A DNA stretch of 22,082 nucleotides from Candidatus Fermentibacteraceae bacterium (GCA_041686025.1 JAWLEP010000040.1:1-22082), one strand, 5' to 3'. Positions 1 to 9,250 are shown, numbered from the stretch's first letter. Numbers and translations are program-made. The notes: a model not told the origin generated them from the sequence alone.

Positions 1-138
1 GGCCTCCAGCTCGAACAGCCTCATCACGAAGTTCGGAGCGTTCTCCTCCGGTCCCGCCAGGACCCTCTTGGAGACGCCCTCCGCCCCCTCCATCTCCACT
101 GTCTTGTTATCGACTTCTCCGTAGTGTCTCGCAATCAT
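1..138 (-). CDS. Cupin domain protein, 5' part (runs off window start)
   Basis: Manual translation from ATG at 138: MIARHYGEVDNKTVEMEGAEGVSKRVLAGPEENAPNFVMRLFELEA, the typical N-terminus of small cupin_2 proteins (APNFxMRxFE); GGAGG SD upstream. Not in the ORF track. Confidence 0.8.
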   Translation of the reverse strand, partial: MIARHYGEVDNKTVEMEGAEGVSKRVLAGPEENAPNFVMRLFELEA

Positions 139-295
139 CGCAAAGCCTCCCTGCCTGCGGTGCCATTGACTCATTTTTCGTCTGGGTCTTATCCTCGTTC
201 TATGTAAGCTATCATCCGAAGAGAGGTGCTGCAATGATCGGCCCCGCATTATCCGCCGTTCATCTCACCCATCCAGATGGAGTAAGCGTGGAGAG

Positions 296-1178
296 TTGCA
301 TAAAGCTCTGAAGGATAATCCGCTTCTTCCGCAACGTCTCTCCCGCACAGCGCTGGGAGCGGCGGCATTCGCAGTTCCGCTGGTGCTGCTGCCGGCAAGT
401 ACTTCCACCACCCTGCCGAAATTGCTGACCATGGTGGTGATGTCGGGGACAATCCTTCTTCTGTTCGCATGGCGGCTGGCGGGCTCCGGGGCGGATTCCC
501 GGGGAGCCGGCTGGCCGCTGCTTGCCCTTCTGGTTGCAGTTCCCTTCTACATTCTCGTCAGGGTGCTCTGGGGCACGGTTTCGGACATGGCCGAGATCAG
601 GCTGCTGCTGGTGGCCTCCGGATGCCTGGGCCTGGCCTCCATGACGGTGCTGCTGGAAGGCCGGCTTCGGACCGGGGCAGCCTGGATGGTGCTGCTGGGC
701 GGCGTTTCGGGGCTGGCGGTCTCGGTCCTGACGGGTCTTGGGGCCATGGACTGGCTTGGAGCGTATCCCGCGGCCTCCCACCGGCTCTCCGGCAGCTTCG
801 GCAACGCCAACCTGCTGGGCAGCTGGGCTGGCCCTTCTGCTCCTGGACGGGAACAGCGTGATACGCCTCATGGATGCCTCCTGGCATCTCTACAAGGTCA
901 AAGTGGAGCGCCTGGAACGGGCCGGCCCGCAGGTTGGAGCTCACCGGCCGGGCGGTAGAGACCCCGCAGAGGGCCCTTCGGTCCAACCCCGACGACCTGG
1001 GAGGCATGTGCACACTCGGCAACGCCCAACTGGCCAGGCCCTCCATATTGGCCGCCCGGGGAGACGAGGAAGGTCTGCGGGGAGCCGCTGTCGAGGCGCA
1101 GAGGGTCCTGAATGCCTTCGACTTCCTGGCCCGGCTGGCGCCGGAGCTCTCGAAGATGCGTCTGAACATAGTGCACGC
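296..1178 (+). pseudogene. Degraded O-antigen ligase (Wzy_C)-like membrane protein with helical/TPR-like C-terminal remnant
   Basis: Several hydrophobic helices then RLSGSFGNANLLGSW (O-antigen ligase-type motif). Protein-like sequence continues in two other frames (LALLLLDGNSVIRLMDASWHLYK; ALRSNPDDLGGMCTLGNAQL...FDFLARLAPELSKMRLN) and is cut by the IS end at 1179. Confidence 0.55.
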
Positions 1179-1399
1179 TGAACCGCCCCGGTATTGCCGG
1201 AGACATCATCTTGTGAGAGGATGGTGTCATGAGCAGACAAGCGAGGTATCCGGCAGAGGTCCGGGAGCGGGCAGTCCGTATGGGGTTCGAGCACGCCGGG
1301 GATTACGACTCCCAGTGGTCGGCGGTAGTCTCGATAGTCGGCAAGATCGTGACGCATACCGGACAGACCCTGCTCAGGGTAACCGGGGCCGTAAGCTAG
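1179..1399 (+). mobile_element. IS3-family (IS51/IS629/IS6110-like) remnant: left inverted repeat plus truncated orfA
   Basis: TGAACCGCCCCGGTATTGCCGGAGAC at 1179 matches the IS629/IS6110-type terminus. ATG 1229 gives MSRQARYPAEVRERAVRMGFEHAGDYDSQWSAVVSIVGKI, like IS629 OrfA, then similarity is lost and it stops at 1399. No orfB. Confidence 0.85.
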
Positions 1400-1792
1400 A
1401 GCCTCGACATCCATTCGATGTGGGACCGCTGCAATTCCCCGCCATAGCTCATCTGGGCATAGCCGGCGCTCACTGATCCGCTCAGTCCGCACGATCCATC
1501 GCAGGCGGGATAGGTTCGCTCTCCGACTCCTTGATGGCTTCCAGACCCCTTGACTAACCTTACTCAAGGCACCTAAGACCGAATTTCAGGCCGCATTGAC
1601 TCGGGTATTCGCCAGAATGCATGCTCTCGGCAGATAAGGCCTGAAACACTTTTCGTCTTCCGTTGTTGTCTTTCCGCTGATTGGGTTCAAGGGCCGGGCT
1701 TGGTAGGGTGGCATAGCCGGCCGGTGGGCGCTATGCTTATTGCATGATCGTGGAAGAACGCTTCTATCCCGCAATTGCTGAGGAATGGTGTC

Positions 1793-3136
1793 ATGAAGGC
1801 CAACCGTCTTGTGAAGAGGGCCAATGGTATGCTTCTGATTCTCGCCCTTCTGGTTGCTCTGGCCGGTTGCGGTAGGGAGGACGGCAGGTCAGGGCCCAGC
1901 ATTGTCCTGGTGATCATAGATACTCTGCGCGCCGACCATGTCCATTGCTACGGGTACGTGAGAGAGAACACTCCGTGTATGGACAGCCTTGCGTCCCGGG
2001 GGACAATGTGGGCCAATGTACAGGCCCAGAGTTCATGGACGCTCCCGGCCATGGCCTCGATTTTCACCGGAACATCCGAGCGGAGTCACAGAGCGGGGAT
2101 GATAGACGAGTCTCATTACGGGGTCTCCGATTCCCTGGAGTTTCTGCCGGAGATCCTCGATAACAGCGGGTTCAGCACATGCGCCATATTCAACGTTGCC
2201 TTCATGTCTCCGAAGTTCGGGTTCGACAGGGGCTTCGACTTCGGGGAGTTCAAGGGATGCAGTCTCGAGGCCATGGATGCGGATGAGGTTGTTGACTCCT
2301 TCGTCGGCTGGATGGAGCGGAGGGATTCGTCCAACAGCTTCTTCGCAGTTCTCCACTTCTTCGATCCCCACTTCCCCTACGACCCTCCAGAAGGATTCCG
2401 CGGCTACAGGGATCCAGCCTATCGGGGGTATGAGTGGGGAGCCCGAACGGGCGAAGGGGAAGATATGATCGAAGCATTTCGAAGAGGCGAGATGGGTGAG
2501 GATGGCCTCCAGTACATGATCGACTCCTACGATGGAGAGATTGCATTCCTCGATAGTGAGTTATCTCGCCTGTGCTCTTGGCTCCGGGCGGAAGGGCTTG
2601 CGGACAGCACACTGATTATCGTGATAGCCGATCACGGCGAGGAGTTCGGCGAGCACGGCATGCTGTTACACGGAAACCAACTCTACAACGAGACCACGAG
2701 GGTCCCCCTGATTGCCTCGGGACCAGGAGTGCCGGAGGGCATTGTGGATTCGTCACTGGTGGGGCAAATCGACATACTGCCCACGATCCTCGCGTATCTG
2801 GATCTCCCAATCCCGAGCCAAGCAGAAGGATTGGATATACTGAGAGAAGAAGTGCCTCTAGACAGAGAACTCCCCTGCAGCGGCTTCAACAACGACATAA
2901 GCCACTACGTGGCCATTCGCAGAAACAACCAGAAGCTTTTCTGGCACATGGACTCAGATAGTGCCTATACGTTTGATCTGAGGCTGGATCCCGGGGAGAC
3001 ACAACCCGGCCCTCCGGACAGCACTCTGGTCGAAGCGGCCCTTGATTACTGGTCTCGTCCGTCGCTGTACACCGCCCCGGAGATCCCTGGAGGCGAGATT
3101 CACGCCGAGAAGCTCAGGGACCTGGGCTATATGTAA
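1793..3136 (+). CDS. Sulfatase-like (alkaline phosphatase superfamily) lipoprotein, Thr-type
   Basis: Lipobox LAGC; IDTLRADH, WTLPAMASIFTG, HFFDPHFPY, YDGEI, ADHGEEFGEHG, IDILPT, LRDLGY. Start placed at ATG 1793 after GAGGA. Confidence 0.9.
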   Translation: MKANRLVKRANGMLLILALLVALAGCGREDGRSGPSIVLVIIDTLRADHVHCYGYVRENTPCMDSLASRGTMWANVQAQSSWTLPAMASIFTGTSERSHRAGMIDESHYGVSDSLEFLPEILDNSGFSTCAIFNVAFMSPKFGFDRGFDFGEFKGCSLEAMDADEVVDSFVGWMERRDSSNSFFAVLHFFDPHFPYDPPEGFRGYRDPAYRGYEWGARTGEGEDMIEAFRRGEMGEDGLQYMIDSYDGEIAFLDSELSRLCSWLRAEGLADSTLIIVIADHGEEFGEHGMLLHGNQLYNETTRVPLIASGPGVPEGIVDSSLVGQIDILPTILAYLDLPIPSQAEGLDILREEVPLDRELPCSGFNNDISHYVAIRRNNQKLFWHMDSDSAYTFDLRLDPGETQPGPPDSTLVEAALDYWSRPSLYTAPEIPGGEIHAEKLRDLGYM

Positions 3137-3313
3137 TCCGCGCTCAAGCCAACAGAAGGGTATCGGAGCTTACTCCCGCAATCAGCCTAGTACCTTGCAA
3201 TCATGCTCTATCCATGTATCGCATAGGCTGAAGCAGACGGCCTTGATTGTCGCCGCTTGCTGAATGCCTTAGACTCAGCCGTGCGACGATGTACCGGGGT
3301 CGGTGCGGTAGGT

Positions 3314-3449
3314 TTGCGATAGCCCCGAATAGCGGATATATAGTCAGTATGAGGTAGTGAAACGCAATATGTTGTAAGGCTGCGGCCTGAAAGGACACTT
3401 AAGCACAACATGAAGAAAAAGTCGTATTCCATAACGCTACATGTGGTGG
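3314..3449 (+). promoter_or_regulatory. parE-parC promoter region with four NrdR-box-like 16-mers (3331, 3362, 3403, 3434)
   Basis: AGCGGATATATAGTCA, ACGCAATATGTTGTAA, GCACAACATGAAGAAA, ACGCTACATGTGGTGG versus consensus acaCwAtATaTwGtgt; spacings 31/41/31 bp; candidate TTGCGA-N17-TATATA promoter at 3314-3342. Confidence 0.6.
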
Positions 3450-3455
3450 TGATGA

Positions 3456-5267
3456 ATGGCTGACAGCGTTTCGGCGGGTGCCGCCGTATACGACGAGAGC
3501 AAGGTAAAGACACTCTCATCGATAGAGCACATCCGCCTGCGCACGGGGATGTACATCGGCCGGATCGGCGACGGCAGCCATCCCGAGGACGGCATCTACG
3601 TCCTCTTCAAGGAGGTGATGGACAACGCCGTCGACGAGTACATCATGGGCCACGGCAAGCGGATAAAGGTTGAGCTGTCCGACGGCCAGCTGAGCGTCCG
3701 TGACTACGGCCGGGGCATTCCCCTGGGCAAGGTGATCGACTGCGTCTCCAAGATAAACACCGGCGCCAAGTACAACACCGATGTCTTCATGTTCAGCGTG
3801 GGCCTCAACGGCGTGGGCACCAAGGCGGTGAACGCCCTGTCGGAGCACTTCCGGGTGGTGAGCCACCGCGACGGCAAGTGTTTCGAGGCGGTATTCAGCC
3901 GCGGAGAGCTGGTGAGCTCTGAGGAGCGGGCCACCAAGGCTCGCGACGGCACCCTGGTGGAGTTCCGGCCCGACGGCGAGATATTCGGCGAATACGCCTT
4001 CGACGCGGAGTACATGGTCAACCGCATCCGCCACTACGCAAACCTCAACGCCGGGCTGAAGATCTCCTTCGCCGGGGAGACCTACGTCTCCGAGAACGGC
4101 CTGCGGGACCTGCTGGAGGAGGAGGCTGGAGAAGACGCCCTCTACGACGTGATCCACTACCGGACCAAGGAGCTGGAGTTCGCCCTTACCCACACCACCG
4201 AGTACGGCGAGCGCTACCTATCCTTCGCCAACGGCCAGTACACAAGGGCGGGGGGAAGCCACCTCACCGCCTTCAAGGAGGGCATCACCAAGGGCGTCAA
4301 CGCCTACGCCAAGGACCACTACGCGGGATCCGACGTCCGGGAGGGCATCATCGCCTCCATATCGGTGCGGCTGAAGGAGCCGGTGTTCGAGTCGCAGACC
4401 AAGACCAAGCTGGGCAACACCGACATCCGCGGCTGGATCGTGAAGGCGGTGACCAAGGAGGTGGAGCAGGCCCTGCACCGCGACCCCGACCTGGCCGAGG
4501 CCCTGATGGACAAGGTGAAGTCCAACCAGCGCATCCGCACCGAGCTCCGGAACGTGAAGAAGAAGGCCCGGGAGCGGGCGAAGAAGACGGCCATCCGGGT
4601 TCCCGGCCTGAAGGACTGCAAGATCCACTACGGAGACGATGACGAGAGGGCCGAGGAGAGCACGGTGTTTCTGGTGGAGGGCCAGAGCGCAGCGGGGAGC
4701 ATGATAGCCAGCCGGGACGTGAACACCCAGGCGGTGTTCGCCCTGCGGGGCAAGCCCCTGAACTGCTACGGCCTTCGGCGCGACACCCTCTACAAGAACG
4801 CAGAGATCTACAACGTGATGCGGGCGCTGAACATAGAGAACGACCTGGAGGGTCTGCGCTACAACCGCGTGGTGATAGCCACCGACGCCGACGTGGACGG
4901 CATGCACATCCGCAACCTGCTTCTGACGCTGTTCCTGCACTTCTTCGAGGCGCTGGTGCTGGACGAGCACCTGTTCATACTGGAGACACCCATCTTCCGG
5001 GTCCGCAACAGGAAGAAGACCCTCTACTGCTACAGCGAGGCGGACAGGAAGGCGGCTATGTCCGAGCTGGGCAAGAAGGCGGAGATTACACGTTTCAAGG
5101 GGCTGGGGGAGATCTCGCCGGCGGAGTTCGGCCGCTTCATAGGGGACGACATCCGCCTGCTGCCGGTATCCATCTCCCGGCTGAAGGAGGTCCCCGAGAT
5201 GCTGCGTTTCTACATGGGCAAGAACACGCCCAAGAGGCGCGAGTTCATCATGTCCAACCTGAGGTGA
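3456..5267 (+). CDS. parE: Type IIA topoisomerase subunit B (topoisomerase IV ParE, Bacteroidota/Chlamydiota-like short form)
   Basis: HIRLRTGMYIG, EVMDNAVDE, DYGRGIP, GLNGVG (GHKL ATPase); EGQSA, LRGKPLN, TDADVDGMHI (TOPRIM); RFKGLGE; 603 aa. Confidence 0.88.
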   Translation: MADSVSAGAAVYDESKVKTLSSIEHIRLRTGMYIGRIGDGSHPEDGIYVLFKEVMDNAVDEYIMGHGKRIKVELSDGQLSVRDYGRGIPLGKVIDCVSKINTGAKYNTDVFMFSVGLNGVGTKAVNALSEHFRVVSHRDGKCFEAVFSRGELVSSEERATKARDGTLVEFRPDGEIFGEYAFDAEYMVNRIRHYANLNAGLKISFAGETYVSENGLRDLLEEEAGEDALYDVIHYRTKELEFALTHTTEYGERYLSFANGQYTRAGGSHLTAFKEGITKGVNAYAKDHYAGSDVREGIIASISVRLKEPVFESQTKTKLGNTDIRGWIVKAVTKEVEQALHRDPDLAEALMDKVKSNQRIRTELRNVKKKARERAKKTAIRVPGLKDCKIHYGDDDERAEESTVFLVEGQSAAGSMIASRDVNTQAVFALRGKPLNCYGLRRDTLYKNAEIYNVMRALNIENDLEGLRYNRVVIATDADVDGMHIRNLLLTLFLHFFEALVLDEHLFILETPIFRVRNRKKTLYCYSEADRKAAMSELGKKAEITRFKGLGEISPAEFGRFIGDDIRLLPVSISRLKEVPEMLRFYMGKNTPKRREFIMSNLR

Positions 5268-5277
5268 CACCCATTCC

Positions 5278-7461
5278 ATGACCAAGAAGAAAGCCCTCAA
5301 GCAGCTCTTCCGCGACAACTTCCTCAACTACGCCTCGTACGTGATCAAGGAGCGGGCCATACCCGACGCCCGGGACGGCCTGAAGCCGGTGCAGCGCCGC
5401 ATCCTCTGGTCGCTGCACGAGATGGACGACGGCCGCTACAACAAGGTGGCCAACGTCATCGGCCACGCCATGCGCTACCACCCCCACGGCGACCAGTCCA
5501 TAGGGGCCGCCCTGGTGAGCCTGGCCAACCGCGGCTACTTCATCGACCGGCAGGGGAACTTCGGCAACATCCTAACCGGCGACGATGCCTCCGCGCCGCG
5601 CTACATCGAGTGCCGCCTCACCGACCTGGCCCGGGAGACCATGTTCAACGACCGCATCACCGAGACCGTCCCCAGCTACGACGGCCGCAACGACGAGCCG
5701 GTGGTGCTGCCGGCCAAGATCCCGGCCATACTGCTGCTGGGAGTGGAGGGCATTGCGGTGGGGATGAGCACCCGGGTGCTGCCCCACAACTTCCAGGAGG
5801 TGCTCCGGGCGCAGATAGACTACCTCCGGGGCCGGGACTTCCAGCTCTACCCCGACTTCCCCCAGGGCGGCACCATGGACGTGGAGGACTACGACTCCGG
5901 CCGGGGCCGGGTGCGCAACCGCGCCCGGATCGATAAGAAGGGGAGCAAGGAGCTGGTGATCCGCGAGCTGGCCTGGGGCACCACTACCGAGAGCGTGATC
6001 CGGTCCATGGAGAAGGCCGCCCGCAAGGGCAAGCTGAAGATCTCATCCATAGACGACTACACCGCGGACAAGGTGGAGATACGCGTGAGGCTGGGCCGCG
6101 GCGTGAGCCAGGAGGAGGGCCTGAAGAGGCTCTACGCCCACACAGACTGCGAGATGTCCCACAGCGCCAGCATGATGGTGATCCGCGAGGGCGGGCCGGT
6201 GGAGTCCACCGTGGAGGAGCTGCTGCGGTGGTGCACCGACGGCCTGGTGGAGATACTCCGCGCCGAGCTGAAGCTTTCGCTGGGCGACCTCCAGGACCGC
6301 GAGCACTGGCTGACCCTGGAGCAGATCTTCATAGAGAACCGCATCTACAAGGAGATCGAGGAGTGCGATACCCTGGGGGCCATCCGCAAGGCGGTGCGGG
6401 ACGGCCTGGAGCCCTGGCTGGAGCAGCTTCCCCGTGAGCTGACCGAGGAAGACGTGGAGAGGCTCCTGAAGCTGCACATCCGCCGGATATCCCGCTTCGA
6501 CATAGAGTCGCACCGCGAGGAGGTCGGCGAGGTCCGTTCCCGGATAAAGCAGGTGAGGAAGCAGCTCTCCAACGTGAAGGCCTACACGGTCTCCTACATA
6601 GAGGACCTCCTGGAGAAGTACGGGTCCCGCTGGCCGCGGCTTACCAGCATGGAGAGCTTCAGCGACATCAACGTCCGCAAGATCGCCCGCCGCAACCTGA
6701 AGGTGGGATTCGACCCTGGCCAGGGCTACGTGGGCACCGACGTGAAGGGCGAGAGGACCTTCAGCGCCTCCGAGTACGACCGCATCTTCGTATTCCTGGC
6801 AGACGGTACGTACACGGCCATTCCCGTGGAGGAGAAGCGCTACGTGGACGGGGACGTGGTCTACTGCGGCGTAGCCGACCGCGACCGGGTCTTCACCGTG
6901 GTCTACCGCGACACCGAGAGCCGCCTGTCCTACGTGAAGCGCTTCACCACCGGCGGCTACATAATGGAGAAGGAGTACCGCTACATCCCCGAGGACGGCG
7001 AGCTGATGCTGTTCACCGAGCGGGAGAACATGCGGCTGGAGTTCTGGTTCAAGCGCACGAAGCGGATGCGGAAGTTCAAGGACTCCATACTGCAGTCGGA
7101 GGTCCGGGTCACCGGCTCCGACGCAAAGGGCGTCCGGCTGGGGGGGAAGAAGGAGATAAGCAGCATCAAGGCCGTGGAGCTGGATGAAGAGGAGGCCCAG
7201 GAGGAGGAAGAGTCCTCCGGAAACGGCTCCAGCGCTGAAGACGGCGGGGAGGGGACGGAAGACCCCGAAGACGCTGTCGCTTCGGACTCGGCTGAGGAAG
7301 CCCCGGAAGAAGAGCCATCCGCCGCGGAGGCGGATGAGGATGACGCCGAGCCGGGTAGCCTCGACGAGATAATCGAGGAGGCCGAGAGGCTGCGGAAGCG
7401 CTCCTCGGATGCGGTGAGAAAGGCCCGGGAGGAGAGAACGGGGGACCTCTTCGAGGACTAG
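5278..7461 (+). CDS. parC: Type IIA topoisomerase subunit A (topoisomerase IV ParC) with acidic tail
   Basis: RAIPDARDGLKPVQRR, YHPHGD, QGNFG, APRY (catalytic Tyr109), GIAVGMST, PDFPQGG; no GyrA-box seen; short CTD plus E/D-rich tail. Confidence 0.88.
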   Translation: MTKKKALKQLFRDNFLNYASYVIKERAIPDARDGLKPVQRRILWSLHEMDDGRYNKVANVIGHAMRYHPHGDQSIGAALVSLANRGYFIDRQGNFGNILTGDDASAPRYIECRLTDLARETMFNDRITETVPSYDGRNDEPVVLPAKIPAILLLGVEGIAVGMSTRVLPHNFQEVLRAQIDYLRGRDFQLYPDFPQGGTMDVEDYDSGRGRVRNRARIDKKGSKELVIRELAWGTTTESVIRSMEKAARKGKLKISSIDDYTADKVEIRVRLGRGVSQEEGLKRLYAHTDCEMSHSASMMVIREGGPVESTVEELLRWCTDGLVEILRAELKLSLGDLQDREHWLTLEQIFIENRIYKEIEECDTLGAIRKAVRDGLEPWLEQLPRELTEEDVERLLKLHIRRISRFDIESHREEVGEVRSRIKQVRKQLSNVKAYTVSYIEDLLEKYGSRWPRLTSMESFSDINVRKIARRNLKVGFDPGQGYVGTDVKGERTFSASEYDRIFVFLADGTYTAIPVEEKRYVDGDVVYCGVADRDRVFTVVYRDTESRLSYVKRFTTGGYIMEKEYRYIPEDGELMLFTERENMRLEFWFKRTKRMRKFKDSILQSEVRVTGSDAKGVRLGGKKEISSIKAVELDEEEAQEEEESSGNGSSAEDGGEGTEDPEDAVASDSAEEAPEEEPSAAEADEDDAEPGSLDEIIEEAERLRKRSSDAVRKAREERTGDLFED

Positions 7462-7586
7462 CTGATCACCCGGCCCGTTGCGGAAGCCGTATGGCCTCTG
7501 TATAGATTCCAGCGGAGCACTCCGCCCGTTTGCATATTCCGTCCGATTATCGCAGCCAGACTTGTACCACAACCACGGGAGGAACG

Positions 7587-8225
7587 ATGCCCAGATTCGT
7601 TGAGTGCCCCGAGCCTTTCGCCGGCCTCTTCGAGAACGCCGAGAGCATACTGGAGCCCATCTTCGATCAGATGGACATCGACCGCCAGAAGGGAGCAATA
7701 ACCATCGGCGGCGAGAGGTACGTAATGTACCGCGGCGACTCCATGGCGGTGGCCCTGAGGAAGCAGCTGGAAAAGGTCCTTGGAGCCAGCACGCCCACAA
7801 TCATCTACCAGTTCGGCAAGGCCTGCGGAGCCGCCGACGCCGGGTACATCTTCGAGAAGACCGGTGTGGAGGACCCCGCAATGAGGCTGGCCATGGGGCC
7901 GGTGGCCTTCGCCCTGGGAGGCTACGCCAAGGTGAAGATACTGCCCCAGAGCGCTCCCGCGCCCGACGACAGCTTCCTGCTGGTCTACGATCATCCCAAC
8001 TCCTACGAGGCCAGCGCTTTCATCAACGACGGCATAGAGACCGCCAAGCCCGTGGACCACATGAACGCCGGATACTCCGCCGGCTGGTGCGGAGAGGCCT
8101 TCGGCCTGAAGCTGGAGGCCAAGGAGATCCGCTGCCGGGCCAGGGGGGACGACCAGTGCCTGTTCGTGATGGCCCCTGCCTCCAGGATCAGGGAACGGGT
8201 CAAGGAGATAGAGGCCTCGCTCTAG
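7587..8225 (+). CDS. Stand-alone XylR-N/V4R domain protein
   Basis: ATG 7587 after GGGAGGA; GERYV, NAGYSAGWC, EIRCRARGDDQCLF (V4R Cys/Glu pattern). Confidence 0.8.
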   Translation: MPRFVECPEPFAGLFENAESILEPIFDQMDIDRQKGAITIGGERYVMYRGDSMAVALRKQLEKVLGASTPTIIYQFGKACGAADAGYIFEKTGVEDPAMRLAMGPVAFALGGYAKVKILPQSAPAPDDSFLLVYDHPNSYEASAFINDGIETAKPVDHMNAGYSAGWCGEAFGLKLEAKEIRCRARGDDQCLFVMAPASRIRERVKEIEASL

Positions 8226-8236
8226 CCCGCCTGCTC

Positions 8237-8266
8237 AGGGGGGCGGCGGATCACCGCCGCCCCTCT
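8237..8266. terminator. GC-rich hairpin between convergent V4R and purC genes
   Basis: GGGGCGGCGG-ATCA-CCGCCGCCCC 10-bp perfect stem, extendable; no clear U-tract. Confidence 0.55.
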
Positions 8267-8287
8267 GCCTTCCGCTGCAGCGTTCGG

Positions 8288-9250
8288 TCAGACCAGACTC
8301 GAGAGGTTCCTGCGCAGCCGCTCTATGGGATCGCCGGTGGCCGGGGAGAACTCCCTGCCGGTGATCATCTCGTAGAGCCTGATGTACCGTGTTGACAGCT
8401 CCACCACCAGGTCGTCCGGCGGCTGGGGAAGCTCCTCTTCGGCGTAGGGGTCGCAGCGCTCCCGGAACCACAGCCGCAGGAACTCCTTGTCTATGCTCTC
8501 GGGCTTCTCGCCGGCGGCGAAGCGCTCCTGGTAGGAGTCCGCCAGCCAGTACCGGGAGGAGTCGGGGGTGTGGATCTCGTCGATGAGGACGATGTTGCCC
8601 TCGTCATCGGTACCCATCTCGTACTTGGTGTCCACCAGTATCAGGCCGTTCCTGGAGGCCAGCTCCATTCCCCTACCGAAGAGGGCCAGGGCGATGGAGG
8701 AGGCCTTCTCCCAGTCCCCGGCCGTCATCAGGCCCTGCTCCACTATGCCCTCGGGAGTTATGGACTCGTCGTGCTCGTCGCTCTTGGTTGTGGGCGTGAT
8801 GATGGGCTCGGGGAAGCGCTGGTTCTTGCGCATTCCGTCGGGCAGGACGTTGCCGCAGATGTTGCGCTCGCCCTGGTGGTACAGGGTCCAGGCCGAGGTG
8901 CTGGTGCTGCCGGTGAGGTAGCCGCGCACCACGAACTCCACCGGGAATGGCCTGCACTTCTGCGCCAGGGTGGCGGTGGGGTCGGGCACGTCGATCACGT
9001 GGTTGGGCACGATGTCGGCCGTCTGCTCGAACCACCATGCGCTGACCAGGTTGAGCACCTGCCCCTTGAAGGGCACCTGGGCCAGTACCCGGTCGAATGC
9101 GCTCTGGCGGTCGGTGGTTATGAGCACCAGCCTGTTGCCCAGGTCGTATATGTCGCGGACCTTTCCCTCCACCCGTCCGGGGAGCCCCAGGCCGGTGGTG
9201 TCGGTGAGGCAGCTGTCGAGGTTCCGGCGTATCGTGTCCCTGGAAACCAC
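8288..9250 (-). CDS. purC: Phosphoribosylaminoimidazole-succinocarboxamide (SAICAR) synthase, long form
   Basis: GKVRDIY, TDRQSAFD, VEFVVRGYLTGS, TPTTK, LVDTKYEMG, DEIHTPDSSRYW, DKEFLR; GTG start with GAAGGGAAGG SD. Confidence 0.95.
   Translation of the reverse strand: MVSRDTIRRNLDSCLTDTTGLGLPGRVEGKVRDIYDLGNRLVLITTDRQSAFDRVLAQVPFKGQVLNLVSAWWFEQTADIVPNHVIDVPDPTATLAQKCRPFPVEFVVRGYLTGSTSTSAWTLYHQGERNICGNVLPDGMRKNQRFPEPIITPTTKSDEHDESITPEGIVEQGLMTAGDWEKASSIALALFGRGMELASRNGLILVDTKYEMGTDDEGNIVLIDEIHTPDSSRYWLADSYQERFAAGEKPESIDKEFLRLWFRERCDPYAEEELPQPPDDLVVELSTRYIRLYEMITGREFSPATGDPIERLRRNLSSLV

Noticed and set aside
1381..1394. Right inverted repeat of the IS (AACCGGGGCCGTAA)
   Set aside because: Only a partial match to CCGGGGCGGTTCA, with no terminal CA and no target duplication.
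1584..3392. 12-bp inverted repeat TTTCAGGCCGCA/TGCGGCCTGAAA flanking the sulfatase gene
   Set aside because: A match of this length is expected by chance in 22 kb; no transposase or target duplication.
3456..7461. DNA gyrase gyrB/gyrA as an alternative call
   Set aside because: Short B subunit, no GyrA-box and a reduced CTD favour topoisomerase IV.
6043..7800. Long antisense or alternate-frame ORFs (also 4218..5327, 15831..17231, most of 16193..17704, 10267..11391)
   Set aside because: Shadows of high-GC3 genes with no recognisable motifs.
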